Assembly: GCA_964016885.1 (NCBI GenBank) | Contig: OZ024745.1 | Location: forward strand, 70,184,001-70,248,000 | Source of the DNA: Eledone cirrhosa | Lineage: Eukaryota | Length of the DNA stretch: 64,000 nucleotides | Reading direction: 5' to 3' | In this document: piece by piece, positions 28,515-41,590 of the stretch | How positions within the stretch are numbered: the stretch's first letter is position 1 | Layout of the letters: each line of letters begins with the position of its first letter | Program-made: the position numbers and the translations under genes | The notes under the pieces: model-generated | What the model was told of the DNA's origin: nothing | The model's database searches: none | What the model saw: the letters and a program-made list of their open reading frames with translations, nothing else

Positions 28515-28925
28515 ATATATATATAAATGTATATATAGTGTGTTTTGAAATACACTGTATGCTTAATGAAAAGCATTTTGAAGACCATACGCTACTGGTT
28601 TAAAATAGTCACAATGTCACTTCAGACCACCAATTCTAATTTTCAATTTCTTCTGGACCGGCAGCCCCTCTGTATAATCAGTTCCTGATTATTACTGGAA
28701 TTCTATAAAAAACCCAACACACATCATTTTCAGCAAACAGGAGGAGTAGTCAACTTTGATAAGTACCAAAAAGTACGAAACAGAGTTCTGTCAGAGTTCT
28801 GTTTGCTGAAAATTTGAATAAGTGACATCGTCATTATTTTAAAACAATAGCGTATGGTCTTCAAAATGCTTTTAATTAAGCATAGATTGTATTGCAAAAT
28901 ACAGCATATATACATTCATATATAT
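28515..28925. repeat. Imperfect ~100-bp inverted repeat (28515-28620 and 28823-28925) with nested shorter inverted repeats
   Basis: AAAAGCATTTTGAAGACCATACGCTA versus TAGCGTATGGTCTTCAAAATGCTTTT; ATTTTCAGCAAACAG versus CTGTTTGCTGAAAAT. Confidence 0.8.
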
Positions 28926-29270
28926 ATATATACATATATATATGTGTGTGTGTGTGGGTGTGGGTGTGTGGGTGTAATGACTTTTTTATGTGTGTGTATG
29001 TGCACTGAATTTCATTGCTTTAATAGTTTATTCACGATATCATTATTCCATGCATACTTACTGTTATTCTATATATATAGTTATTCTATTTTGACGTTTC
29101 TCATACTGAACACTTAAACGCTGTAACTGATGGGAAGATCCGTCATCTATATATATGCGCACGTCAATACATAACTATTGATATATATGCATATGTATAC
29201 ACACCCACATGGACAAATGCACGCCTAGCTTCCTGCACACATATACATGAATACATCCTTACACACACAT

Positions 29271-29367
<97 letters not shown>

Positions 29368-29715
29368 TACACATATACACATATATACTCACATACATAT
29401 CTATACATGCATGCATGGCTAAAAAGAAATCATAGAAACATATCCAAAATGGGAAAATGCATAAACGCAAAGGCAGAATCACACATAGACATGCATAGAT
29501 GCAAGTCTGTACAAAGGTAGGCATATATGTAATTAAATGTTGATCTGAAAATCAATATACAAAGGCATACAGACATACTCATAAACAGACACACACACAC
29601 ATAAGTATATAAAAAATCTTATACATCTCATGTTGTATTTTATCTGAAGAAGGCACACTCTAATATACATATATATACATATATATATACATATATACAT
29701 ATACATATACTCAAA

Positions 29716-29844
<129 letters not shown>

Positions 29845-29980
29845 GAGTATATGTTGGTGATATACAACAACCCAACCAGGTTGAAATAACAACCCAAAGC
29901 AGGAACTGGGCATATCAGAGTATTGACAATATTATACACCTCAACAACATATGTACTTGTCTATACCATACTAATTCAAA

Positions 29981-30033
29981 CTGCCTGAAGAGGTCACAGC
30001 CAAAGATGGCTGTCACTGAAATATATATAGCAG
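29981..30033 (+). ncRNA. Minimal type-I hammerhead ribozyme
   Basis: CTGC-CTGAAGA-GGTCACAGCCA(AAGA)TGGCTGTCACT-GAAA-TATATA-TA-GCAG, followed by AATAAA; lies in a ~245-bp insert (29841-30087) between (GA)n and (TA)n. Confidence 0.85.
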
Positions 30034-30079
30034 CAATAAACGAAGCTAAATTTTAATCATTTGACTTTTTATTTAACTT

Positions 30080-30141
<62 letters not shown>

Positions 30142-30217
30142 CGAAGGAAATGTGGTAAGGAACCAGGGGGACCATAACGCACCAAAGTACTCAATACTTG
30201 AGGTAGTAGAGTGGGTA

Positions 30218-30444
<227 letters not shown>

Positions 30445-31247
30445 TGTATCTGTGTGTGTGTGCGTATGTATATATGTATGTAAACTTAGGTGTGTCAGTG
30501 GGTTTGTGTGTTTATATATTTACTATATTACTGAGATTTCTCACAGTCTTTTGCTAATTGCCGATGGCTAATGACAAACCTAGGAAAGTAAAAGTTGCAA
30601 CGGGGGATAATCCTAGATAATACATCTATAATAATCTCTATCTTGATATTGAGCAGTGCAACCTCGCGTTAGCTAAATCAAACGTATATAAGTTTACGTG
30701 TACGTTTCTATAAGTAATATATCTTGCAGTATGCTCTTCCACACAAGAATTTATTCTCATAAGAAATCTCATTTTTGGTAAAACATATCAAGACGTTTTT
30801 GATTCTTTCTGTAAAATCGATGGACCATAACGTTCTATATTTGAAAAAAAGTTTCCTCATCACAGGTATAGAATGAATCTTTTCTCGAACCACAACAGAC
30901 ATTTGCATATCGATTTTAAGACCAATAAAATAAATTTTGCATTCATAAAAGAAAATATGGGGAATTATTTCCTGTTACACTGCGTGTCTGTGTACAGGGT
31001 CAATGACAGAGAATGGATAGCATGTATGTACATGGGCGGACAAGTATATATATATATGTTGTGTGTGTGTGTGTGTGTGTGTATGTGTGTGCGTGTGCGT
31101 GTGTGTGTGTATATATATATATAAATATATATATAAATTTAGGAATTTATAAATTTCCGGTTGGTTGGTTGGTTCCACAACCAGATGATTGTTCAGTTTC
31201 AACACACGTTTTCAGATAAAGAATCTTGCTAAACAAATTCAGAAACG

Positions 31248-31292
<45 letters not shown>

Positions 31293-31329
31293 TACAAATA
31301 TTAATAAAATAGATGTTCTTTTGATCAAT

Positions 31330-31388
31330 TACATTTTATTATACATATTTCGGATGTACAACAGTACGTCCTCATCAGACAAAATATA
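31330..31388 (-). ncRNA. Minimal type-I hammerhead ribozyme (mirror copy)
   Basis: Reverse complement of 31494-31552, one stem II difference. Confidence 0.82.
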
Positions 31389-31493
31389 ATGATACATGAC
31401 ATACCCTGAGATGTTAAATGGTTAAATCTTAAATCTTAAATCTTAAATCTTAAATCTTAACCATTTAACATCTCAGGGTATGTCATGTATCAT

Positions 31494-31552
31494 TATATTT
31501 TGTCTGATGAGGACGTGCTGTTGTACATCCGAAATATGTATAATAAAATGTA
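31494..31552 (+). ncRNA. Minimal type-I hammerhead ribozyme
   Basis: TATATTTTGT-CTGATGA-GGACGTGC(TGTT)GTACATCC-GAAA-TATGTA-TA-ATAAAATGTA; stem I 10 bp including GU pairs. Confidence 0.82.
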
Positions 31553-31689
31553 ATTGATCAAAAGAACATCTATTTTATTAATATTTGTATTTTAATATTA
31601 ATAACTCCGGAAAATCTTTTTACCGTAGAGTGCTTCCAATCTATTGTAAAACTCATTCTTTGACATATTCATTGAATATTGTTTAATAC

Positions 31690-31734
<45 letters not shown>

Positions 31735-32625
31735 TAGCTACACACACACACACGCATGTATTAGCTTAGTCCCCGCCAAAATGATAGTAAGAACATATAT
31801 AATTTATTGTTTCTTTTATTACAACAATCTATGTAACAAGGCTTGAATCCTCCACCTTTGAGTCAGCATTTCCCTCTTGTCAAGCCGGCCATTAATGTAT
31901 TCCATTTTACATTGTTTTACATCAGTTATTTTCTGATCATTATCAAATCTATTATCAAATCTATATCCGTTATTATCCAATCTATATCCGTTAAATTATT
32001 CGGAATTTGCTCTAGCCATGTATCTGATTATAAATCAGGCTCGAACAACACTCTGGCCACCCGCAGTTGTCTAGCCATATCAGGACATTGCTCTGTCCGT
32101 GATCTATACATTATTTGGCAAGGATTGCCTACGGAAATATTTATAACATAATCAACAAATTGCTCTTTAACAAAATTCTAAAAGTCATGGAGAGAGAATT
32201 TGAATGAAATAAAATATTGATTTTTGTTGTCAAAAATTAGGTCAAATTTTGTAGGACATGTATCTGTCGATATTATATTTCGTAGAAGAGATGAATTGAA
32301 GTTAAAGACCTGGAACTCCCTATCCATGTAGGTAGTTATAAATCTCCGTTTCTCTGTACCTATCAATTTCCAGTACTACTTCACACACACAGACACATAC
32401 AGACACACATAGACAAACACACAACACACGCAAACACACACAAAACCACACATACGCACACACGTGATAGAAGTATTATAGCATCATTGTATTGTATGGA
32501 ACCCATACGTTGCGTTGTGTGTGTGTGTGTGCGTGTGTGTGTGAATTCCATGTAAGGGTATTGTAAATATATGTAGAGAATGTGTAGATGAAATAAATAA
32601 TGTATTAACTGTCGTACCCTGGTGA

Positions 32626-32662
<37 letters not shown>

Positions 32663-32683
32663 GATAATTGATTCATCTTGTAG

Positions 32684-32885
32684 ATGATAGTCATGGCAAC
32701 GTCACCTTAGTCATTGATGCATGTCTAAACCCGGTGGTGAACGTTCAATTCAGCTAGAAATGACAAGAGAAAGACCCTACTTCTGGTCACTGGCAACACT
32801 CAAATATTAGCTCAGCTGACTGGGAAACAGTGACTGCTCTCGACTATCTTGAATTTTCCGAGGAGATGAATCTACGGCATAGTAG
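32684..32885 (+). pseudogene. Possible decayed exon (Ig-like segment)
   Basis: TCTTGTAG acceptor, AG|GTATTT donor; DDSHGNVTLVIDACLNPVVNVQFS*K*QEKDP..., where both stops are one substitution from TGG. Confidence 0.3.
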
Positions 32886-34924
32886 GTATTTCATTTGCGC
32901 AAATGTGCGGGACACACCAGTAGCCTCAGCCATACATAAACTGTCTATTTGTTACCAAGGATCCTGAGACTTTGCTTCCATTGTCTAGAGAGATAGAATG
33001 ACATGGAAATATAGCAAAATACATCATTGGTTATAAGGACAAAGTGATTATTATCTGATGATAAGCTTAAGCAATATGATCAGTAAACACGTAAACCACA
33101 GACATCACTTAAGGGTTAGAATCATTTTTATGAATGCTGTACAAGCAGCTTAGTGTCCTTCACTCACAGTGAACTTACTGTGCACCCTGACACAAACCGG
33201 GGTATTTCTGATTTCTCCCCTCACAGATGTGCTGTCATAAGTTTGATTAATTACTTTCATCGATCCTTGTTTTTAAAATAGAATAACGCTTTTCCCAAAG
33301 AGTCTGCCACCCATTTTTGACGTTTTCAGTTACCGGGACTAACTGGATTTTAAGGCACCAGTAGATTGCCTTTGGGCCTTTTCCTTGACAGTTCCAAACA
33401 ACTCCGCCACGGGAAGACCAGGAGGTAAGATTCAGTTGTCAGAGACTATATGAGACACAAGCCGTTTGCAACATTTTATCAGAAACAAGTGTTTTAATGT
33501 GTTTGCTTGCATGATCTCGTAACTATTAAGTGAATCTTAGGGGCGGCGAATTACATATGCCGAATCTGAGGCATTTTAAAGCCAGTCAGAGCCCATCTCC
33601 CTTCGAGTTTAATGTGTTTATACATATCTAAATATTATGTAGTAACCTTTGTTAGGTTCTGTTCCAAAAATCAACTTTCTAACGAGAAATTTAGTTACAT
33701 TGCTGAAGCCACGCTATTTCGTTATTATTTTATTCTTCAATAGAAATATGGTAATGAAAGGTTCATATTGCTTATGTTTTCCTAAAACATCCCATTATAA
33801 TTTTTATGCAAGAAATTTTGTAAAGCCATATTCTAAACACCTAATTTCACTTAATTCCTATAAATAATTGATAATTTTCAAAATTATTTAAAAAAATCAT
33901 ATGCAATGCCTTTCATTAGAAATACGGTAACAAAGGAGTTAAATTACATCTTATACGTCATTTGAAGTCAATCTTGAAATTATACTTTATCAAACACAAT
34001 ATATGTTTTCTAATAACTGTTGATAACTAAATCTGGTTGAGAAAATAAGGTTTCTTTCATTATACGTGTGAATATAGAGCATATGTCAGCAACCTAAAGT
34101 AATATATGAACACTCCAAAGTGTCGTCGTAAAGTAGGCACTTCTAAAATCCTTTCCCAAATGTTTTCAAAGATTTTATCCAGGAAGTTATTATTGGCTAA
34201 ATTGAAGTAGTGATACGAAAAGCAGTTGTCAAGGACAATCTGTATGGATACAAATAAACACGAGACTAATTCATGGAAGGCTGAACAAATAAATGGAATA
34301 ATGATTGCTTGAATCATGTCTACACAAGCAACGATAAATATACGTAATTGATAAAGTTAATTATCAACAAGGTAAAATAACAGGAAATTAAATGTGCATG
34401 ATGTATATTTTGTTCTTATCCTCTGCATGGGGTGTTTCGTTGGTTTTCAAGTTTTACTCCTACCGACGGCGGTCTTATTTTTTCTTTTTGTTTTCTATGC
34501 AGCTTTATAAATGAGGTGGACTTCACTGTAAAATGTAATATTGGAAACCGGAAATTAACGCTCAGAACCATAAAACATAAACAGGATAGTATATAGAATT
34601 AAACAAAGAAAAATCTACGAGTGGAGGCGGTCAAGTCTTATTCGGCTGCTATAATCTATCAATCAATTTAAAACTTATTTCTATATTTTCTTTTCTGAAA
34701 TGCAGATTACATTGCACAGAGATATGCTTTATGGTTAATCCCAAGTAGATAGGAAAAACTAAACTTAAGATGACTGATATATCATAAACTGTGCGCTTCC
34801 TAAGAGGCATTTATTTATCTTCTGAGAGATTTAAACATTAGACAGCTAAAATTAAAGTAGGAGGAACAAAGCATCAAAGCGGAAATCACTCATGCTTGGC
34901 TGTGCTGTTGTCTTGTTTGTACTT

Positions 34925-35310
34925 CAGTGTTACACATGGAATACATTGAAATACAGCGGTAGTGTCTTACACATGGGAGAGCTTAATATACTTGAGATAG
35001 GCTGTTACATATACCATTTCATGATGCTTATGCAACACAAGAGAGAGAGCCTGTAGCACAATAGAGAGTCTGTTACACCTAGGTAGTCTACTACGTTACA
35101 CATAAGTTAGCATGAAACAAATCATGTCTGTAACACAAGATATAAACATTTAGGTATGTGATGGGCTGATATAGATAGGATAAGTTATTATATATGGGAT
35201 AGCCAGATGCACGGATATGGCATATACACTGTTACATATGGGATGGGTTGTTATACATGAAATTGGCTGTTATATATAATGCAGTCTGTTACACAAAGGC
35301 TAGGTCGCAA
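34925..35310. repeat. Degenerate ~21-22-bp minisatellite (CTGTTACACATGGGATAGG-like)
   Basis: About 10 recognisable TGTTACAYA cores at semi-regular spacing. Confidence 0.55.
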
Positions 35311-36922
35311 CACAGTCATTATTTAGATTCAGTCATGACAAAATATTACGTTGTCAGATTATTTTAACTGATGTACTCTGCACAGAAATCTGGCATCAAT
35401 ACTATCTGATATATGACAAACTTAAATAAATGATTCTAGAGGTTTTATTCACTAATCATTCCGTTGAGGAGATAGAATGAATAAGGCCTTTTCAAAATCT
35501 TGTTAAGTAGTAAGATTGAACGTGATTTGTGCGCAGTTACAGCATGGATATATAAGCGTTTTCAGGAAACATTAGGCGGGGAAAGAATGTCAAAGGGAGA
35601 AGGAATGTATGAAGTGTTTCCTGTGAGTTCTGCAGAGTGTCATTTTCTGTGATTAGCGACAGGTCGATGGACATAGTGGTGACGAATTCCTAGAGTGAGA
35701 TGGATTTGCAACTAACCATATAATAAGTGAAGAGACTGTTGTCGTATCATTCGAGACGAATTGCGTGTCTCCGAGCTAGTAACTGGAGTGTTTCGTGAGG
35801 CAATCATTTTTTAGGTATTGTATTATAATATAGATGTCTTGATGACCAGTGATTTTCTGCGACGTCCTGTATAAATTAAATCGAATATGTGCAGATTTAG
35901 GTCGATAAAATGTCGGATTGAATGCCATGGTATTTGCACCGTGTCACTGAGCTCTGATTCAAGGTCAACCTTGCGCGCTAACCATTTGCTGCTAATAATT
36001 AAAATATCTCTTTATGTTTTGGTTCGCCTGATTGACATTAGAGATCAGTTTCAAGAGCTTATTGTGAGATGGTTGACGAAGTTGGGCCCCAACTAAAGTA
36101 CCACTCTAGTGGCGATGAATTAGCGGTACCATTAAATGGTTGAACAGGAAGCCTTGCGGTATATGTTCTGTGTGCAATCCAAGTTCAGACTCCCGCCTCT
36201 CGTCATCAGAAAACGCTTGTGCTTGTATTTGCGATTGGCAGATCATATAACCCTTCACAGCAGGCTAGTATTTAATAGGAAGTAATAAAGCTAAGCATAT
36301 ATGATCATGAGCATTATAAAATATCATCTGAAATGAGTGCATACTGCTTCATTCTCTGCTGTAGACTGAAATAACAATGAGAAAGAAAGTATATATTTAG
36401 ATTGACTCTCCATCTGTATTTACATATTTAATATGTTTCTCGTGTGTAAATCTCTTCCTCGATTAATATTACTTGGCATCGAGATTATCGATGTTGTATC
36501 TATTTGAGATATACCAGCACGTCATCACCATTTCTATTTGTCCCACAGGCTTAGTCATTTACTGATAACTGACACTAAACAATGATTTGACATTTCCATA
36601 TCATTTCCATGGTATCAAATACATAATATATTTATCATGTGTGCGAATAATTTACAGTTTGAACCAAGTGAATTTATAGTGATTTCGTTGTATCAGTTTT
36701 GAGATCAACGTCAGGCGTCTCCAAATCGACCAGGCCAAAGGCGTTCCACCCTTTACCATTTTGGATTATTTTCATACATAACGTATCTATATTACATTAG
36801 GCAATGTTTCCTTCCTGATATAAAACAGTAAAATGTGAGTTGAATTTTTTTTCTGATTGAATGAAACATTGCTTTAATACACGACTCTCATTGCTTCAAA
36901 ATTCTACAGTTGAATTTGTTTG

Positions 36923-36977
<55 letters not shown>

Positions 36978-37000
36978 GATGCTGCTGCTGCTGATGCTGC
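36923..37000. repeat. (TAC)n followed by (TGC)n trinucleotide repeat
   Basis: Direct reading. Confidence 0.95.
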
Positions 37001-37234
37001 CACAGCTACCAGTCCTATGAACCCCAAAACTAGTAACAATATAAAATATCGCAAGCAACCGACATACCACAGATCAAAAGTGGGACAAATTGAGTTTCAA
37101 TAAGTATAAGGGAAATTTAATGATTTAGAGAAGAGACGATCATCAATTTTCTTCAGATCATATAGTTTACTGAATTTTACAGATGCTGAAGTGAATTCTG
37201 GCTCCAAAACAGATTTCCAGCTTCATAACAAAAA

Positions 37235-37622
37235 CACTGTTGTTGTGAATGTTTCATTAGTGTTTGTTGTTGTTGTGATTGTTCTCGTTGTGGTTCTTGT
37301 ATTCTGATAGTCGTTACTGATTTGGGTATTGAGGTTCTTTTTTTGATTTTCTAATAGTTGTTGTAGTAGTTATGATTGAAGACCTAGTTACTGTTATCGT
37401 TCTTATGATTGTTGTGATTCTTGTGCTTCCTGGTTACGTTAAATTGAAAATTGAGGGCCGTTGTGGTTGTTGTGGTAGATGTGATTGTTGAGTTTCCGGG
37501 AATCGTTGAATTGAGGGGCCGTTTGTCTGTTGTGGTTGTTGCAATTGTGGTGTTTCTTTGTTTCTTTAAATTGATAGGGGTTGGCGTTGTGGTTGTTGCG
37601 ATTGTTGTAATTGTTGTTTTTC
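37235..37622 (-). pseudogene. Possible mucin-like Thr-rich exon, frameshifted
   Basis: After a minus-strand TTTTAATTAAACAG acceptor: GKTTITTIATTTTPTPINLKKQRNTTIATTTTDKRPLNSTIPGNSTITSTTTTTTALNFQFNVT; Thr-rich reading continues in shifted frames. Confidence 0.35.
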
Positions 37623-38043
37623 CTGTTTAATTAAAATAAGTGTAGTTGTATTTGTTGTAGCTGTTTCTGTAATTGTTGTCCTTGAGTTTAGCCTTAAATC
37701 ATCCATCATCATGTAGAATTATGTTCAGACATTCTGACCTTGACAATCCTCACATTTATTCCCTCAGACTATATCTAGAAATACATATAATAAACATTGT
37801 TATTTCTTTTTTTATTCAGGTAGTAATGAATAATTTAAATGCGATTTGCTTAGAGGTCACATTATTGCTAACTCGCAGCATCTCGACGGAATATGAATAT
37901 AATTGAATTTCTATGGCAAATTTCAGAAGGAATCTATGAAGAAATGTTTAAGTCCGATCATAATTACATGTGACATATGATAATAATTGAATAATTAGAT
38001 GAAACTAAAACAATCGCAATGATGACTAAAATTCAAACCATAC

Positions 38044-38096
<53 letters not shown>

Positions 38097-38251
38097 ATAA
38101 CAATACACACACACACACAGACATATGCACATATATGCATACATATATATGTATTTATACACATATACACATATATGCATACATATATATGTATTTATAT
38201 ATATATATATATATATTAAAATATATGCGTTAACACACACACACACACAAA

Positions 38252-38327
<76 letters not shown>

Positions 38328-39275
38328 CGTGTGTATGTGTGTGTGTGGTCCAATCTCGTTGTAGGCAGAAGTCATTGGGTGAGAACCAGTGAATATATTT
38401 TCATAAATTACTAGAGTCAAGGACATTAAACCAATCAATCAGTGCTCAGTTGACAGTTACCTGAAACCATCCGTCTATGACGCATGCGTGATGAAATGGA
38501 TATTTATTTTATTTATATGAGAATCTGCATCCGGTCGGCTGCCAAAGTCGAGTCATTTGTCAAGTGACTCCTACCCAATGGCGTAAACGTAATCAGCAAG
38601 TGGTCTGCAAACATCTTCTTGCTTTTAGTCTGAAATAAATATTTTAAGTGGTTTCATACTACTTTATGATGCTCTCATTCTTCATCACTTCGTTACAAAC
38701 AAATACAGACATACACACGTACACAGACACTCACACATACGCATATACACACATAGTCCCTCTCTCTCATCCCCAATCGTTCTCGCTCAATATATTTGTG
38801 TGTTTGTTTGTTTATATATATATATATATAAATACATACGTGTAGCTAGATATAAAAATACACATAAAAACACAAATATAAATACACACATATATATATA
38901 TATATATGTGTGTATGTGTGTGTGTGAATGTGTGTGTGTGTGTGCGTCTGTCTGTATTTTGTAGTCCATCAATAAAATAAAGATTAATCAACATATATAT
39001 ATATATATACGGTAGACTTTATAATATGTCTGTGTTTATTATTGCCCAATATTTAAGACCGCGTAGATATTCGAGTTAAATCAATAAACACACACATGCG
39101 AACACAGAAATATATATATAAACACACACACACATGTATATATATATATATATATATATTAGAAAGTGAGGTTTTTTTTGTTTTTTTTTACAAAATGGAA
39201 AATAACGGAGGTGTCCTACATGAGTGAAAGTATAAAGAAAAAGACTCCAGTTGCATTTTTGATTTCATCTTTTTT

Positions 39276-39316
<41 letters not shown>

Positions 39317-39365
39317 ACATGTATATATATATATATGATATAAATATGTATATAATATATACATG

Positions 39366-39402
<37 letters not shown>

Positions 39403-39474
39403 GCGAGAGAGAGAGAGAGAGGGAGAGAGATAGACAGAGGGAGAGAGATAATATATATATATATGATATGTATA

Positions 39475-39539
<65 letters not shown>

Positions 39540-39671
39540 ATATATATAAGATATATATATTTTATATATATATATATATATGAAATATAGGATATATATC
39601 ACGCATACTCAGACACACATTTATTCAAGTATATAAATCGTCTAGTTATACATGAGTATATGTATACACAC

Positions 39672-39707
<36 letters not shown>

Positions 39708-39708
<1 letters not shown>

Positions 39709-40730
39709 TAGCAGCAGAACCCATCGTTGCCTGGGTAGGTAAAATAATATCTGCTTTGATGAAAAGGTGTTGATCTTAGCGACTGCGAGTTTCTTGAAAA
39801 TCGGTCGCAAGGTGTAGCAAATGGCGAAATGTTGAGTGAAATCGTATGGAATATGTGGGAGGTGGAAAAATCGTATTTTGAAGAGTTAAACGGCTGCCAC
39901 GCCGTCCTTGAACAAAAAAATGCAAAGTGTAAAGCTACTATAAGATGTGCAATGATAGGTCCTATCGTAGTATAAAAGTTGAACCAAATAAATTGATTTA
40001 TGTGTGAGGTGGAGCCGAAGTTTCGAATTTGAACGAAATCGGTTAAAAAATGTGGGAGCTAATAATAGGTTCTATCGTAGTATAAAAGTTGAACCAAATG
40101 AATTGATTTATGTGTGAGGTGGAGTCGAAGTTTCGAAATTGAAAACGAAATCGGTTGAAAAAGGTGGGAGCTAGAGTCGAAAATGCGGAAATTTGAGCGA
40201 CAAGGTGGTATTTTCGAATATTTAAGCGGCTGCTACGCCATTCGTGAGTAAAAAATGTAAAGCCACGTGAAGACGTGAAATAAGCAGATCTAGCGTAGTG
40301 TAAAATTTAAACAAGGTAGGTTGATTAATGTGCGAGCTACAGCCGAAAAAGTTGTATTTTTGAATATTTAAGCGGCTGCCACGCCGTCCCTGAACAACAA
40401 AAGTAAAATATACAGCGATTACAGGATGTGCAATGATAAATTCTATTATGATTTAGAAGTTGAACGAAATCGGTGGCAAAATGTGGGAGCTAGATCCAAA
40501 AATCTTATTTTTCTATACCTAAAACAAGGTGACCCCCTATCGATTTTTATCTGCAGAATCACCCCGAAATCGAAATAACGATACGCTGATATATAGAAAA
40601 AACTCCATGATGACTAATCTATGAGCCTGTAAAGTTTCATGAAAATCGGTGGTAAGATGTAGGCCCATATAGGTAATACACAGACATACAGACACACACA
40701 CATACATACTTAATTTTATATATATACAGA
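39708..40730 (-). mobile_element. Non-autonomous Helitron with internal tandem repeats
   Basis: Minus strand begins A|TC (40730) and ends CTAG|T (39708); subterminal hairpin ACCCA..TGGGT about 7 nt from CTAG; internal ~110-bp repeats (39953-40050 and 40063-40172); microsatellite near the 5' end. Confidence 0.85.
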
Positions 40731-40749
40731 TATATTATATACCATATAT

Positions 40750-40886
40750 AATTGTTTCTACTTTTGGCACAAGGCCAGAAATTACCAAACGCATTACTGA
40801 TACTCGGCGGGATTTCAACTCAGAGCATAAAGGGCCGTAACTCTTTGCTGCAAAGCATGGCGTCCGACCATCTACCGATGCTGCCA
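40750..40886 (-). mobile_element. SINE with core deletion
   Basis: Reverse complement of head and tail, central core absent. Confidence 0.8.
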
Positions 40887-40968
40887 TATAAATATATTAT
40901 ATATATATGTGTTTATTATATATTATATATGTGTTTATTATATATTATATATGTGTATATATTATATA

Positions 40969-41100
<132 letters not shown>

Positions 41101-41185
41101 AAAGTTATATTTAAATTGTTGGGTTAACAACGAGTAAATATTTATAACTGATATAAAAGCACTCAACAAGTATTTGGAGTATATT

Positions 41186-41376
41186 TATGATATTAAATAA
41201 ATGGAAACTATATTTATAAAACCATATTTATTTCGTTATATATATTTCAGGGATATCATATTAACAATATGTTATGTTTGTCTGAAGAAGGCATAACATA
41301 TTGTTAATATGATATCCCTGAAATATATATAACGAAATAAATATGGTTTTATAAATATAGTTTCCATTTATTTAAT

Positions 41377-41382
<6 letters not shown>
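41186..41382. repeat. Fold-back palindrome (~91-bp arms) with the HHR core in the apex
   Basis: Perfect arms around TTTGTCTGAAGAAGG. Confidence 0.95.
41277..41336 (+). ncRNA. Minimal type-I hammerhead ribozyme
   Basis: TTTGT-CTGAAGA-AGG..CATATT(GTT)AATATG..CCT-GAAA-TATATA-TA-ACGAA. Confidence 0.8.
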
Positions 41383-41413
<31 letters not shown>

Positions 41414-41415
<2 letters not shown>

Positions 41416-41590
41416 TGGCTGCCAACTCGTTTTCGAGTACGGCCACTACTTTATATCCATGTAGGAGAAGCCCTACCGATGCGCTGAACGAGTGTGACTT
41501 TTTAGTCCAGCCAGCGACTTGAAATCTCTGGTACAAACACTACAATTGTGACAATTATTGACACATAGTGCTGGGCCCATGGTACCATGT
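41414..41590 (-). mobile_element. RTE-like LINE 3' end
   Basis: Minus strand: NNCHNCSVCTRDFKSLAGLKSHTRSAHR* (terminal C2H2 finger), then a short 3' UTR with hairpin CTCG(AAAA)CGAG ending at (TA)n. Confidence 0.65.

Larger units (their letters stand above)
31284..31598. repeat. Fold-back palindrome with an HHR on both strands and a (TTAAATC)5 apex
   Basis: ~140-bp arms, nearly identical; apex repeat at 31422-31460. Confidence 0.95.

Noticed and set aside
29635-29662. Hammerhead start TATTTTAT-CTGAAGA-AGGC
   Set aside because: No closing stem II or GAAA; at most a truncated remnant.
34925-35310. CRISPR-like repeat-spacer pattern
   Set aside because: Repeats are degenerate and contiguous, the context is eukaryotic and there are no cas genes.
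35480-35860. CR1/Jockey-like LINE 3' remnant on the minus strand
   Set aside because: Only faint motif resemblance with no sustained frame; cannot be supported without a search.
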